Below, one piece after another: positions 26,954 through 37,903 of a stretch of DNA of 64,000 bases. The stretch comes from Rebecca billardiae RCC1528 (taxonomy: Eukaryota; Protista; Haptophyta). The notes below the pieces were generated by a model. It was not told the origin of the DNA and did no database searches. It was given only the letters and a program-made list of their open reading frames with translations. The stretch's first letter is position 1. Each line of letters begins with the position of its first letter. The translations under genes and the position numbers were made by a program. The stretch lies in assembly GCA_965240325.2 (NCBI GenBank), contig OZ251251.1, forward strand, positions 806,001-870,000, given 5' to 3'.

Positions 26954-29782
26954 ATGGCGGCGATGGCCGCCGCCGAGCGCGCCGGCGTGCTCGCGGAGAT
27001 GGACGAGGCGCTCGAGGCGTTCGCGTTCGCGGCGCTCGCGCTGTGCGCCGCGCCGCTCCCCGCCGCCGAGGCCACCCTCGCCGCCGGCCGCTCGTGGGCG
27101 CTGCGCGACCGCGCGCGCGCGTGGCGCACGTGGGGGCGGCGGCGAGCGGCGTCCGCCGCGCGCGCGCGCGCCGAGCGCGGCGTGCGCGTGCTGTGGGCGC
27201 AGCGCGGCGCGCGGCGCGCGCTCGGCGCGTGGGAGGCGCACACGCTCGGCCTCGCCGCGTCGATCGCCGCCGCCGCCTTTGCGCTCGCGCAGTGGCGCGG
27301 GCGCGCGGCCGCGCCCGCGCTGCGCGCGTGGGCCGAGGGCGCGCGCGCGCGCGCGCTCGCGGCGCGCGCGGCGCGCACGTGGCTGCTGGGCGCGGCGTCG
27401 CGCGCGGTGCGCGCCTGGCGCGCCGCCGCGCGGCCGCGCGCCCTCGCCCTCGGCGCGCTGCGCGCGTGGCGCGGCGCCGCGTGCGGCGCCGCGCTGCGGC
27501 GCTGGGCTGAGGGCGCGACGGCCGCGCGCGCCGCGCTCGCGCGCGCGCGCGCCGTGTGGCGCGCGGGCGAGGCGCGCGCGTTACGCGCGCTGCGCGTGCA
27601 CGCGGTGTACTGCGCGGCGGCGCGCGCGTTCGGCGGCGCGCTCGCCGCGCGCGGCCGGCCCGCCGGCCGCGCCGCCGCGCGCGCCGCGCTGCGCCGGTGG
27701 CGCGTGCGCGCACTCGCGTGCGCCGCGCTGGGCGGCGCGCGGCCGCGCGGCCGCGCCGCGGCGGCGGTGCGCGCGTGGGCGCGGCACGCGGGCGCGTGGC
27801 GCGCGGCGCGCGGGCGCGTGGCGTGCGCCGCCGCCGCGCGCGCCTGGCGCGCGCACGCCGCCGCCGCGCGGCGCCGCTACGGCGGCGGTGGCGGCGGCGG
27901 CGGCGGCATGGCCGCGCGGCGCGCGGCCGCGCGCCGCGGCGCGGCGGCCGCGGCCGCGGCGGCCGCCGCGCGCGGCGCGGCGGCGCGGCGGCGGCGCGCG
28001 CTGCGCGCGCTGCGCGCGCACGCGCTCGGGCGGCGTCGCGCGCGCGAGCTCGTGCGCGACGCCGCGCGCCGCGCGCACACGCAGCTCGGCGCGTGGCACG
28101 GCTGGGGCGTGCGCGTGGGCGCGGCCGCCGCCACCGCCACGCACTGCGGCGCGCCGCGCGCCGGCGGCGCGTGCGACGCGGCGGCGCCCGTGCTGACGGC
28201 GCCGACGGTGGCGGGGGTGGCGCGGCCGCCGGCGCTGCTGAGCGTGCGCGCGCTGGAGGCGACGCTCGCGCGCACCGACGCGGTGCTCAGCGCGCACGGC
28301 GCGCGCGCGCACGCCGCGGCGGCGGCGGCGGCGGCGGCGGCACCGGCGGCGGCCGCCGACGCGGCGGCGGCGGCGGCCGCGGCCGCGGCCCTGGCGGCGC
28401 TCGGCGCGAGCGGCGGCGCAGGCGGCGCGCGCGGTGCGGGTGGCTACCCCGAGGGCGCCGTGGGGCTGGCCCGCCCGCTGCGAGCCGCCGCGCCGCACCG
28501 CGCGCCGGGCGAGGAGCCGCGCGCGCCGCAGCCGCCACCGCCGCAGCCGCCACCGCCGCAGCCGCCACCGCCGCAGCCGCCACCGCCGCAGCCGCCACCG
28601 CCGCAGCCGCCACCGCCGCAGCCGCCACCGCCGCAGCCGCCACCGCCGCAGCCGCCACCGCCGCAGCCGCCACCGCCGCAGCCGCCACCGCCGCTCTCCG
28701 AATGGTGGGCGGCGGCGCGCGCGGCGGCGCACGCGGCCGCGGCCGAGGCGGTGGCAGCGGTCGCGGCCGCGGCGCACGCGGCGACGCCCGTGCGCGCCGC
28801 CGCGTCGGCGTGCGGGGTCGCCGAGGCGGGCCCGCCGAGCTCGCCGCGCGCGCCCCAGCCCACTGCGCTTGGCGCGCCTCCGCAGCCGGCTGCTAGGCCG
28901 CGCGGCGCGGCTGCAGCCGTTGCCGCCTGCACCCCACCGCCTCCGCCAAGTGGGGCGGCGGCGGCGGCGGTGGCGGCGGTGGGCGGCGGTGGCGGTGGCG
29001 GCGGCGCGAGCGGCGGCGGCCGGCTGCTGAGCAGCCGCGTCCGGCGTAGCTTCAGCAGCGTGCGCGCGCGTGGGCGCGGCGGCGGGCGGGGCGGCGGCGC
29101 CGGTGCCGCCTCCGCCGCGCGCGCGCGCAGCCCGCCGCGCGTGGCCGTCGGCTGCGACGCGGCGGCCGCTGCGCCCGCGGCCGCCGCGGCGGCGGCTTTG
29201 GACGGCGGCGGTGGCGCCAGCGGCGGCCGGCTGCTGAGTAGCCGCGCTCGGCAGAGCCTGAGCAGCGTGCGCGCGCGCGGGCGCGGCGGCGGTGCCGCCC
29301 TCTCCGCCGCGCGGCCGCGCGCTCCGGCGCCCGCCGCCTCCGCCCTCGCATCAGAAGCGGCAGCGGCGGCGGCGGCGGCGGCTCTGGGTCTGGGTGGAGC
29401 GCGCGCGGAGGAGGGGGGCTTTGCGCTGGCTGTGCCACCGGGCGGCGGCTACCGCTGCGCGGCGGCCGATGGCGCGCTGACTACGAGTCCGGGTAGTCCG
29501 GGTGCGTGGAGCGCGCTTGGCCTCCCAGCGGAGAGCGCTGCCGCCGCACCCATCGGCAGCGGCAGCAGTGCACGCAGCAGCGGCGGCCATGCCGCCCCGT
29601 CGCCTGCCTGCGGCGGCCATGCTGACGTGAGCAGCCTGTACTCGCTCACGCCCGGCTCGTCCGGGCTGCGCTGGCCGAGCGAGCTGAGCGAGCTGCTCTC
29701 GGAGTCAGAGTCGGGGTACGGCTCACACTCGCCCTCGCCCCCGCCCGGCGGCGGCGGCGGCGGCGGGTGCGCCTACGGGTGA
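26954..29782 (+). CDS. Low-complexity protein with Sfi1-like (centrin-binding-type) Trp repeats and a Pro-rich C-terminal half
   Basis: Recurrent A[LV]R[AR]W motifs (RAWRTW, ALGAWEAH, ALRAWAE, AVRAWRA, ALRAWRG, ALRRWAE, ALRRWRV, AVRAWARH) in an Ala/Arg helix. Confidence 0.55.
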   Translation: MAAMAAAERAGVLAEMDEALEAFAFAALALCAAPLPAAEATLAAGRSWALRDRARAWRTWGRRRAASAARARAERGVRVLWAQRGARRALGAWEAHTLGLAASIAAAAFALAQWRGRAAAPALRAWAEGARARALAARAARTWLLGAASRAVRAWRAAARPRALALGALRAWRGAACGAALRRWAEGATAARAALARARAVWRAGEARALRALRVHAVYCAAARAFGGALAARGRPAGRAAARAALRRWRVRALACAALGGARPRGRAAAAVRAWARHAGAWRAARGRVACAAAARAWRAHAAAARRRYGGGGGGGGGMAARRAAARRGAAAAAAAAAARGAAARRRRALRALRAHALGRRRARELVRDAARRAHTQLGAWHGWGVRVGAAAATATHCGAPRAGGACDAAAPVLTAPTVAGVARPPALLSVRALEATLARTDAVLSAHGARAHAAAAAAAAAAPAAAADAAAAAAAAAALAALGASGGAGGARGAGGYPEGAVGLARPLRAAAPHRAPGEEPRAPQPPPPQPPPPQPPPPQPPPPQPPPPQPPPPQPPPPQPPPPQPPPPQPPPPQPPPPLSEWWAAARAAAHAAAAEAVAAVAAAAHAATPVRAAASACGVAEAGPPSSPRAPQPTALGAPPQPAARPRGAAAAVAACTPPPPPSGAAAAAVAAVGGGGGGGGASGGGRLLSSRVRRSFSSVRARGRGGGRGGGAGAASAARARSPPRVAVGCDAAAAAPAAAAAAALDGGGGASGGRLLSSRARQSLSSVRARGRGGGAALSAARPRAPAPAASALASEAAAAAAAAALGLGGARAEEGGFALAVPPGGGYRCAAADGALTTSPGSPGAWSALGLPAESAAAAPIGSGSSARSSGGHAAPSPACGGHADVSSLYSLTPGSSGLRWPSELSELLSESESGYGSHSPSPPPGGGGGGGCAYG
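28526..28690 (+). repeat. Perfect 15-bp minisatellite x11 (ccgcagccgccaccg) encoding (PQPPP)11
   Basis: Directly visible. Confidence 0.92.
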
Positions 29783-30799
29783 CAAACTGCTGCGACTGCG
29801 CTAATGCGGCGCTGCGAGCAGCTGGCGAGCACGCGACCTGCGACGCAGGAGGCTGGGGCAGATAGACGACGCGCGTCGGCGTTGGACTCGGAGCGCGTGA
29901 CTGCGATGCGTCGCCGGCGCGTCGGCAACGAGTGGCCCGGCGGTGGCCGGCCCCGGAGACGACGACAATTCTCCCGGCGGCGGTGTCAGCCTGCCTGCAG
30001 AAGTTACTGATGCAGTCCAGTTTCGTCGGCCGATGAAAAAATGAGCAGCGAGCGCAGCCAGGTTTGGCGCTCGCCCAGTGGCGACTGTACGCGGAAACTG
30101 GGGCGTTTGAGCGCTGTTGCGGCGTGGCACTGGGGCGCGAAAGGGGGTCACCCTCTGAGGGGTTTCCACTGCAGTTGCCGCGTGCACGGCCCGCTGTGGC
30201 CGTGCACGCGGCAACAGGGCTCAGACGGCCCAGTTGTCGCGTGCAGGCGTGTCACGTGTGTGGCTTGCGATGGCAGCCAGCCGTCAGCAGGGGCGCCACG
30301 CCACGCCCACGGTTCGCTGGTGGGCTGGCCCGATGGCGTCGCAGAGCTCACGCGTACGGGGGAGGAGGGCATCGACGAGGAGACGACCAAGGGCGAGAAG
30401 CAGCCGGGGGCACGCAGCACGGGGCTCGGAGCATGCCGCCAGCACGCGTGCCTCCACACCGTCGCACGTCACCCTTGCTCGTAGCTGTGCGCTGTGCTGC
30501 CACTCATCTCACCATCGCCCATGCTACGGGCGCGGCCGGGTGGTGGACATCCACCTGTCGGCGCAGCACTGGCATCGGTGGTCGCCAGACACTTCTCGAC
30601 TTGCTCTGCGCGTGACAGCATGGAGACGGCAGCCCCACAGCTGTGTGAGCAGATGAGGTCCTACTACTCTACTCGGCGAGGCAGTACTGGCATGGACTGC
30701 AGTCCTGGTGCATGCGAGCTACTGGCATGTTCCCCTACTCAGACGGCAGGGCCATTAAAACGGTGCTGCTTCGGATACACGCGCCCAGCGCTGCTGGTA

Positions 30800-33050
30800 A
30801 CAGCGGCGCTGTTGATGCTGCAGCAGCAGTACAGTACCACGACGGGCGGCAGAATCACTCCAGCTATCAGCTCGGTGGTGCTCGCTTGAACGGCCTGCGC
30901 AATGGCGCGCCGAAAGCAGCGACCTAGCCCATCGCGTCCACCGCGATGGGGTCGCTGGCACCTGATGATGCTGCGCCCGCGCCCATCCGGGCCAACACCA
31001 GCAGCAGCCATGCTCGAATCTGCACCGCATGCGGCAGCAGCTTCTGGGATGGTCCCGCTGCGGATGACGGCGTTCGCCGCAGATGACAGCTCGGTGTCGC
31101 TCGCTCGAGGGGCCACGGCGACGGACGCGCCGAGCGCGTTGACGTCACTGCACGCGACCACGGCACTGCCCAGCGCGCTGGAGCCGCTGCCATCTGGTGC
31201 GGCTGTGCCTGCGCCCAGCTGGGGCCCAGCTGCAGCAGCGCTCGACTCCGCGCCGCATTGGCGGCAGCAGCAGGGATGGTGCCACGGCGGGACCCGGCGG
31301 TCGACGGAGCTGTCAGCTCGGCGGTGCACGCCCGAGGGGCGTGGGCGCTGGACGCAATGAGCGCGTTGACGCCACTCGCCTCGCCCATCGCGCTGGAGCC
31401 GCTGCCATCCGACGCTGCTGCGCCCGCGCCAAGCTTGGGCAGCAGCGGCTGCGCTCGACTCCGCGCCGCGTGCGGCGGCAGCAGCAGGGATGGTGCCACG
31501 GCGGTCGGCGGCGGTCGACGGAGCTGGAAGCTCGGCGGTGCACGCCCGAGGGGCCTGGGCGGTGGGCGCACCGCACGCGGTGCCGCTGCTCGCCTCGCCC
31601 ATCGCGCTCGAGCCGCTGCCATCCGACGCTGCTGCGCCCGCGCCCGGCCAGGGCAGCAGCAGCAGCGCTCGACTCCGCGCCGCGTGCGGCAGCAGCAGCA
31701 GGGCTGGTGCCACGGCGGGCGGCGGCGGTCGACGCAGCTGGAAGCTCGGCGGTGCACGCCCGAGGGGCGTGTGTGCTGGGCGCACCGAGCGCGGTGCCGC
31801 TGCTCGCCTCGCCCGGCGCGCTGGAGGCGCTGCCATCGGGCGCTAGGCTGCCCGCGCCCAGCTTGGGCAGCAGCAGCAGCGCTCGACTCCGCGCCGCGTG
31901 CGGCGGCAGCAGCAGGGATGGTGCCACGGCGGGCAGCGGCGGTCGACGCAGCTGGAAGCTCGGCGGTGCACGCCCGAGGGGCGTGGGCGCTACGCACCGA
32001 GCGCCGTGCGGCTGCTCGCCTCGCCCATCGCGCTCGAGCCGCTGCCATCCGACGCTGCTGCGCCCGCGCCCGGCCAGGGCAGCAGCAGCAGCGCTCAACT
32101 CCGCGCCGCGTGCGGCGGCAGCAGCAGGGATGGTGCCACGGCGGTCGGCGGCGGTCGACGCAGCTGGAAGCTCGGCGGTGCACGCCCGAGGGGCGTGTGT
32201 GCTGGGCGCACCGAGCGCGGTGCCGCTGCTCGCCTCGCCCGGCGCGCTGGAGCCGCTGCCATCCGACGCTGCTGCGCCCGCACCCGGCCAGGGCAGCAGC
32301 AGCAGCGCTCGACTCCGCGCCGCGTGCCGTGGCAGCAGCAGGGATGGTGCCACGGCGGTCGGCGGCGGTCGACGGAGCTGGAAGCTCGGCGGTGCACGCC
32401 CGAGGGGCCTGGGCGCTGGGCGCACCGAGCGCGGTGCCGCTGCTCGCCTCGCCCGGCGCGCTGGAGCCGCTGCCATCCGACGCTGCTGCGCCCGCGCCCA
32501 GCTTGGGCAGCAGCGGCTGCGCTCGACTCCGCGCCGCGTGCGGCGGCAGCAGCAGGGATGGTGCCACGGCGGGCGGCGGCGGTCGACGGAGCTGTCAGCT
32601 CGGCGGTGCACGCCCGAGGGGCGTGGGCGCTGGGCGCACCGAACGCGGTGCCGCTGCTCGCCTCGCCCAGCGCGCTGGAGGCGCTGCCATCGGGCGCTAG
32701 GCTGCCCGCGCCCAGCTTGGGCAGCAGCAGCAGCGCTCGACTCCGCGCCGCGTGCGGCAGCAGCAGCAGGGATGGTGCCACGGCGGGCGGTGGCGGTCGA
32801 CGCAGCTGGAAGCTCGGCGGTGCACGCCCGAGGGGCGTGGGCGCTGGACGCAATGAGCGCGGTGACGCCGCTCGCCTCGTGCCGTAGCGCGCTCGAGCCT
32901 CTGCCATCCGATGCCGCTGCGCCCGCGCCCCGGCGCCGCTGCACGGCTGCAGCTGGCAGCAGCTGCGCTCCGGAGGCTTCGCGCCGCATGCGGTGGTAGC
33001 AGCAGGGAGGTGCCACGGCCAGGCCGGCGGCGGTGGACGTGGTCGGGCGG
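30800..33050 (+). repeat. ~214-bp tandem satellite, about 10 units (left arm)
   Basis: Marker CTCGACTCC recurs at 31241, 31454, 31668, 31882, 32094, 32308, 32522, 32736; degenerate outer units. Confidence 0.9.
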
Positions 33051-33869
33051 TGCTGAGTACTGCTTGGCACGCCGACCGGCGGTCATTAAAATACTCTACT
33101 AGCTGATGCTGACCAGCAGCCCTGACCGCCAATGTAGTCGCGCCGCGCGCCGACCGGTCGTCAAGTGAGTGACGACAGCACGGTGATGTCGGACCGCTGC
33201 CCGTGCGACGGCGGCACTGGCGGCAGCCGTCAGTCAATCCGACGAGCGGCATTAGCGCTGATGCTGATTTAGCAGCACTCATCACTATGGCAGACAGAGA
33301 GTCGGACAGCTGCCGCCGCGGGCTGGCTGATGCATCGCCGTCATTGTTAATGAATTATTGGAGTACCGCTCGAAATTATTATTGCATCGTCATCGAGTGA
33401 TACGATGACTATGACACTTATGCTGTGCCGTGCCCGTGTCAACTACCTCCGCGTAGCTACGGCCACGGGACTACCGGTCGTCCGCGTGAGCGAGACTCGG
33501 TTCACCGTTCAGCGGACGACGCGATATATGCTGCTGATATACTGCGCGCTGTCGTATTGCCTGCCGGATGCGCCATGATGATCGGCGCGGCTGCGTCGGC
33601 TCGCCATTTACTAGATGAGTAGCGCAGTCGATCAGCAGAACGGTGATCCGCGTCGATGAACTCTCTCTGGCTCTATATATACGCGACTGTACGTACCACC
33701 TATACCTGCCGCGCTACGAGTACGACTGCAGTCTGCGTCGCCGGCCTTATGAATATGAGCTGACCGGCGTTGCCCGCCCCGGAACCTGCTGGCAGCGGCT
33801 CTGCTCGCAGCAGGACAGAAGAAGTGTCGTAGCAACGGCTCCGGGGGCTGGCCAGCGCGCCTGACGCGT

Positions 33870-34880
33870 GCATCAGCGTCACTGCATTGCGCGCGTCTGC
33901 CGCCCAGGCCCCTCGCGCGTGCAGCACCGAGCTGATAGCTGCATCCACCGCCGCCCGCCCGCCGTGGCGCCATCCCTGATGCTGCTGCCGCACGCGGCGC
34001 GGAGTCGAGCGCGGCCGCTGCTGCCCAAGCTGGGCGCGGGCGCAGCAGCATCGGATGGGAGCGTCTCGAGCGCGCCAGGCGAGGCGAGCAGCGGCACCGC
34101 GCTCAATGCGCCCGCCGCCCAGGCCCCCCAGGCGCACACCGCCAAGCTTTGAGCTCTAGCGACCGTCGTCGCCCACCGTAGCACCATCCCTGATGCTGCC
34201 GCCGCACGCGGCGCGGAGTCGAGCGCAGCCGCTGCTGCCCAAGCTGGGCGCGGGCGCAGCAGCGTCGGATGGCAGCGGCTCGAACGCGATGGGCGAGGCG
34301 AGTGGCGTCAACGCGCTCATTGCGTCCAGCGCCCACGCCCCTCGGGCGCACACCGCCGAGCTGACAGCTCCGTCGACCGCCGCCGCCCGCCGTGGCACCA
34401 TCCCTGCTGCTGCCGCCGCACGCGGCGCGGAGTCGAGCGCAGCCGCTGCTGCCCAAGCTGGGCGCGGGCAGCCTAGCGCCCGATGGCAGCGGCTCGAGCG
34501 CGCCGGGCGAGGCGAGCAGCGGCACCGCGTTCGGTGCGCCCAGCACCCACGCCCCTCGGGCGCTCACCGCCGAGCTGCCAGCTGCATCGACCGCCGCCGG
34601 CCGCCGTGGCACCATCCCTGCTGCTGCCACGGCACGCGGCGCGGAGTTGAGCGCAGCTGCTGCTGCCCAAGCTGGGCGCGGGCACAGTAGTGCTCGAGGC
34701 AGCGGCTCCAGCGCGCTTGGCAGTGCCGTGGGCGCATCGAGCAGCGTCACCACGCTCGGCGCGTCCGTCGTCCAGGCCCCTCGAACCAGTGACACCAAGC
34801 TGTCAGCCGCGGCGACCGCCGTCATCCGTGCAGGACCATCCCAGCGGCCCAGCTGCTGCTGCCGCGTGCAGCATAGAGTA
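33870..34880 (-). repeat. Same 214-bp satellite in inverted orientation, about 5 units (right arm)
   Basis: GAGTCGAGC marker at ~34002, 34216, 34430, 34644 and degenerate at ~34876. Confidence 0.88.
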
Positions 34881-35717
34881 GAGCGCCCCTCATTCTGCCG
34901 GCAGAGTGGGGCGCAGGTGTTTGAAGCAGCACCCGGCGGTTGGTCCTGCGCTCCTGGGCACGGCTATGTACCTGTTGGTCTCATGGATGCAGGGGAATGC
35001 CAGCGCCCGCCATGCGTGCTCAGTCTATCAGCCTCGCCGAGTAGAGTAGTAGGACCTCATCTGCTCACACAGCTGTGGGGCTGCCGTCTCCATGCTGTCA
35101 CGCGCAGAGCAAGCCGAGAAGTGTCTGGCGACCACCGATGCCAGTGCTGCGCCGACAGGTGGATGTCCACCACCCGGCCGCGCCCGTAGCATGGGCGATG
35201 GTGAGATGAGTGGCAGCACAGCGCACAGCTACGAGCAAGGGTGACGTGCGACGGTGTGGAGGCACGCGTGCTGGCGGCATGCTCCGAGCCCCGTGCTGCG
35301 TGCCCCCGGCTGCTTCTCGCCCTTGGTCGTCTCCTCGTCGATGCCCTCCTCCCCCGTACGCGTGAGCTCTGCGACGCCATCGGGCCAGCCCACCAGCGAA
35401 CCGTGGGCGTGGCGTGGCGCCCCTGCTGACGGCTGGCTGCCATCGCAAGCCACACACGTGACACGCCTGCACGCGACAACTGGGCCGTCTGAGCCCTGTT
35501 GCCGCGTGCACGGCCACAGCGGGCCGTGCACGCGGCAACTGCAGTGGAAACCCCTCAGAGGGTGACCCCCTTTCGCGCCCCAGTGCCACGCCGCAACAGC
35601 GCTCAAACGCCCCAGTTTCCGCGTACAGTCGCCACTGCAGAGCGCCAAACCTTACTGGCGAGCGAGGCGCTCCGGCCCCGGCCGGGGCGGCGCAATCTCC
35701 GCGCGACGGCTTCGGCG

Positions 35718-37082
35718 ATGGCGACTTCGACGACGACGCGCGCGGGGCTGCTCGCGCTGCTCGCGCTGGCGCCCGTTGCGCTCGGGCTGCGCGGCGCCGC
35801 AGCCCCGCTCCCCCTCCGCCGAGCACCCCTCCGCCCGCGCGGCGCGCCGAGCCTCGGCCCCCCGGCCGCCGCCGCCGCCGCGTCCGTCGCCGCGCTCACC
35901 TTCACCGACCGCATGATCGCCGGCTCGATCGCGCGCACGGCGGCGCAGACGGTGCTGCACCCGCTCGACACGTTGCGCACGCGGGCGCAGGCGAAGAAGC
36001 GCGGCGACGTCCCGTCCGACGAGCCCGAGCCGCCGCTCCCGCTCCTCCTCCTCCGCGGCATCGTGCCGCAGGCAAGCGCGGCGCGGCGCCGCGCGGCGCG
36101 GGCGGCGCCGCGGCCGGCCAGCGCGCGCGGCTGCCCGCCCGCACGCGGCGCGGCGCGCGTGGCGCTCACGCGCGCTCGCGCCCTCCTCCTCCGCGCAGGT
36201 CCTCCTCGCCGCGCCCGCCGGCGCCCTCCAGTTCGCCGCGCTCGAGGCCGCGCGCACCTACTTTGGCGCGCGCCTGGGCTCCAAGGTTGCGTGCAACCTG
36301 CTGGCGGGGGCGGCGGGCGCGCTCGCGGCGTCGGTCGTGCGGGTGCGCGCGCGCGCACGTGCGTGCGGGCGGGCCGTGCGGGCCGTGGGCGGGGCGTGAG
36401 AGCCCGCACGCCGCCGTGCTGCGCGCGTGCCGCCCAGCGGCGTGCGCGCAGCGCGCGGCCGGGCGGCCGCGGCCACGCGGCGCGCGCGCATGCGCGGCCG
36501 GCGCGCGCGCGCGAGCTGCGCGAACGAGCCGCCTGCCCCCCTTGCGCGGCTGCGACCCCTCCCCCCGCCCCGCAGGTGCCGCAGGAGAACCTCAAGCAGC
36601 CCGTGCAGGCGGGGCGCTACCCCTCGGGGCTGGCCGCGCTGCGCGCGCTCCTGCCGGAGGGCCCCGCGCGCTTCTACCGCGGCTTCTCCTCGACGGTCCT
36701 CCGCGACGTGCCGTGGAACGCGCTCTCGTTCACGATCTACCGCGCGCTCGCCGCGCTCGCCGCCGCGGTGCTCGGCTTCTCCGGCGGCGCGGCAGACGCC
36801 GTGTTCGGCCTCGCGGGCGGCGCGATCGCGGCGGTGGTGCTCACACCCTTCGACGTGGCCAAGACTCGGCTGATGACGCAGCCCACGCCCGCGGTTGGCG
36901 AGGCGCTGCAGTACGAGGGGACGTTCGGCACGATCGGCAAGGTGGCGCGCGAGGAGGGCCCCCGCGCGCTGATGGCGGGCGTGCTGCCGCGCGTGCTCTA
37001 CCTCGCGCCCCTCGCCTCGGTCGTGTTCGCCGTGTACGCGCGCGTGATCGCGGCGCTGCTCGCCGCCAAGGGCCTGGCGTAG
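35718..37082 (+). CDS. Mitochondrial carrier family protein, S-adenosylmethionine-carrier-like, with signal-peptide-like presequence (possibly plastid-targeted); exons 35718-36071, 36199-36342, 36576-37082
   Basis: Three carrier signatures HPLDTLRTRAQ, VPQENLKQ, TPFDVAKTRLM; FYRGFSSTVLRDVPWNALSF; first intron is GC-AG (CAG|GCAAGC). Confidence 0.9.
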   Translation: MATSTTTRAGLLALLALAPVALGLRGAAAPLPLRRAPLRPRGAPSLGPPAAAAAASVAALTFTDRMIAGSIARTAAQTVLHPLDTLRTRAQAKKRGDVPSDEPEPPLPLLLLRGIVPQASAARRRAARAAPRPASARGCPPARGAARVALTRARALLLRAGPPRRARRRPPVRRARGRAHLLWRAPGLQGCVQPAGGGGGRARGVGRAGARARTCVRAGRAGRGRGVRARTPPCCARAAQRRARSARPGGRGHAARAHARPARARELRERAACPPCAAATPPPAPQVPQENLKQPVQAGRYPSGLAALRALLPEGPARFYRGFSSTVLRDVPWNALSFTIYRALAALAAAVLGFSGGAADAVFGLAGGAIAAVVLTPFDVAKTRLMTQPTPAVGEALQYEGTFGTIGKVAREEGPRALMAGVLPRVLYLAPLASVVFAVYARVIAALLAAKGLA

Positions 37083-37098
37083 GCTGCTGCTGCCTCGA

Positions 37099-37125
37099 CC
37101 CTAACCCTAACCCTAACCCTAACCC
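37099..37125 (+). repeat. Interstitial telomeric repeat (CCCTAA)4.5
   Basis: ccctaaccctaaccctaaccctaaccc, within a 39-bp insert flanked by a 20-bp direct repeat. Confidence 0.9.
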
Positions 37126-37903
37126 GAGTGGGCTGGCGTAGGCTGCTGCTGCGCGGCGGGTGCGCGGCTCGAGGCGGTGGCACGTCGCGACGAGGCTGGG
37201 CGTGCGCTGCTCGCCAAGGGGCGCGCGTGGCGGCGCCGCCGGCCAGCGCTGGACTGCTGCGGTCGTGATGGCGGAGAGCGGTCGCGGGTGTCACTGCTGC
37301 TGACGTACAGTGACTCAGCTCAAGTCCGGCCACGGTCGGCCTGGGCTGGGCTGCTGGTCACTGACACTGCTGAGGTACGTGATGGCGGCGGTACGTGTAC
37401 GAAGACTAGCAGCTGCTATGAATAAGCATGACGACGATGCATCGTCGCGCGTATAGCACCGTCCGTGCAGTAACAGACTGTAATACACTGTCTGTAACAC
37501 TGATGACACAGGCGGTCAGCGGGGCCGCGCGGCGGTTTACGTAACGCCGGTCTGTGGCCGCAGAGTGGGAGAGTACTGGCGTGCTCTTGCGTCTGAGGTC
37601 ATGGGTTCAAAACCAGTTTCCAGGTCTCTCTTCGGAGAGCGTGCGATGAAGGATGGCGCGGCAACCTGCCACCGTGAGCCTTACGCACGTTAAAACAAAT
37701 AAACTGTACCAGCAGCATAGTACTGGAAGGGCCGAACTCAATATAAGCATCGCCTGGCGCAGACTGAAACGATGGCGGCGCAGTCCGGAGGAGAGACCAA
37801 GACAGACAGCTAACACCGGTTGGTCGGACGAATCGCCGCGCGATCGGCTGCTCGCGCCTCGCTGCGCATCAGGTGCGGCGTCGTGTCTGCGGGCACTGGC
37901 GCG

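Larger units (their letters stand above)
30060..35652. mobile_element. Foldback-type element: ~620-bp near-identical TIRs, inverted 214-bp tandem-repeat arms, unique central loop
   Basis: 30060-30682 is the reverse complement of 35031-35652; tandem units at ~30800-33050 (+) and ~33870-34880 (-); centre ~33050-33870; no transposase ORF; no TSD found. Confidence 0.85.

Noticed and set aside
30739-35189. Long repetitive ORFs in the satellite arms
   Set aside because: The 214-bp unit is not a multiple of 3, so the same peptide blocks rotate through all frames; non-coding
30076-35637. hAT element starting CAGTGGCG with an 8-bp TSD
   Set aside because: Flanking 8-mers (cgctcgcc vs cagagcgc) do not match, and inverted homology extends about 15 bp further out
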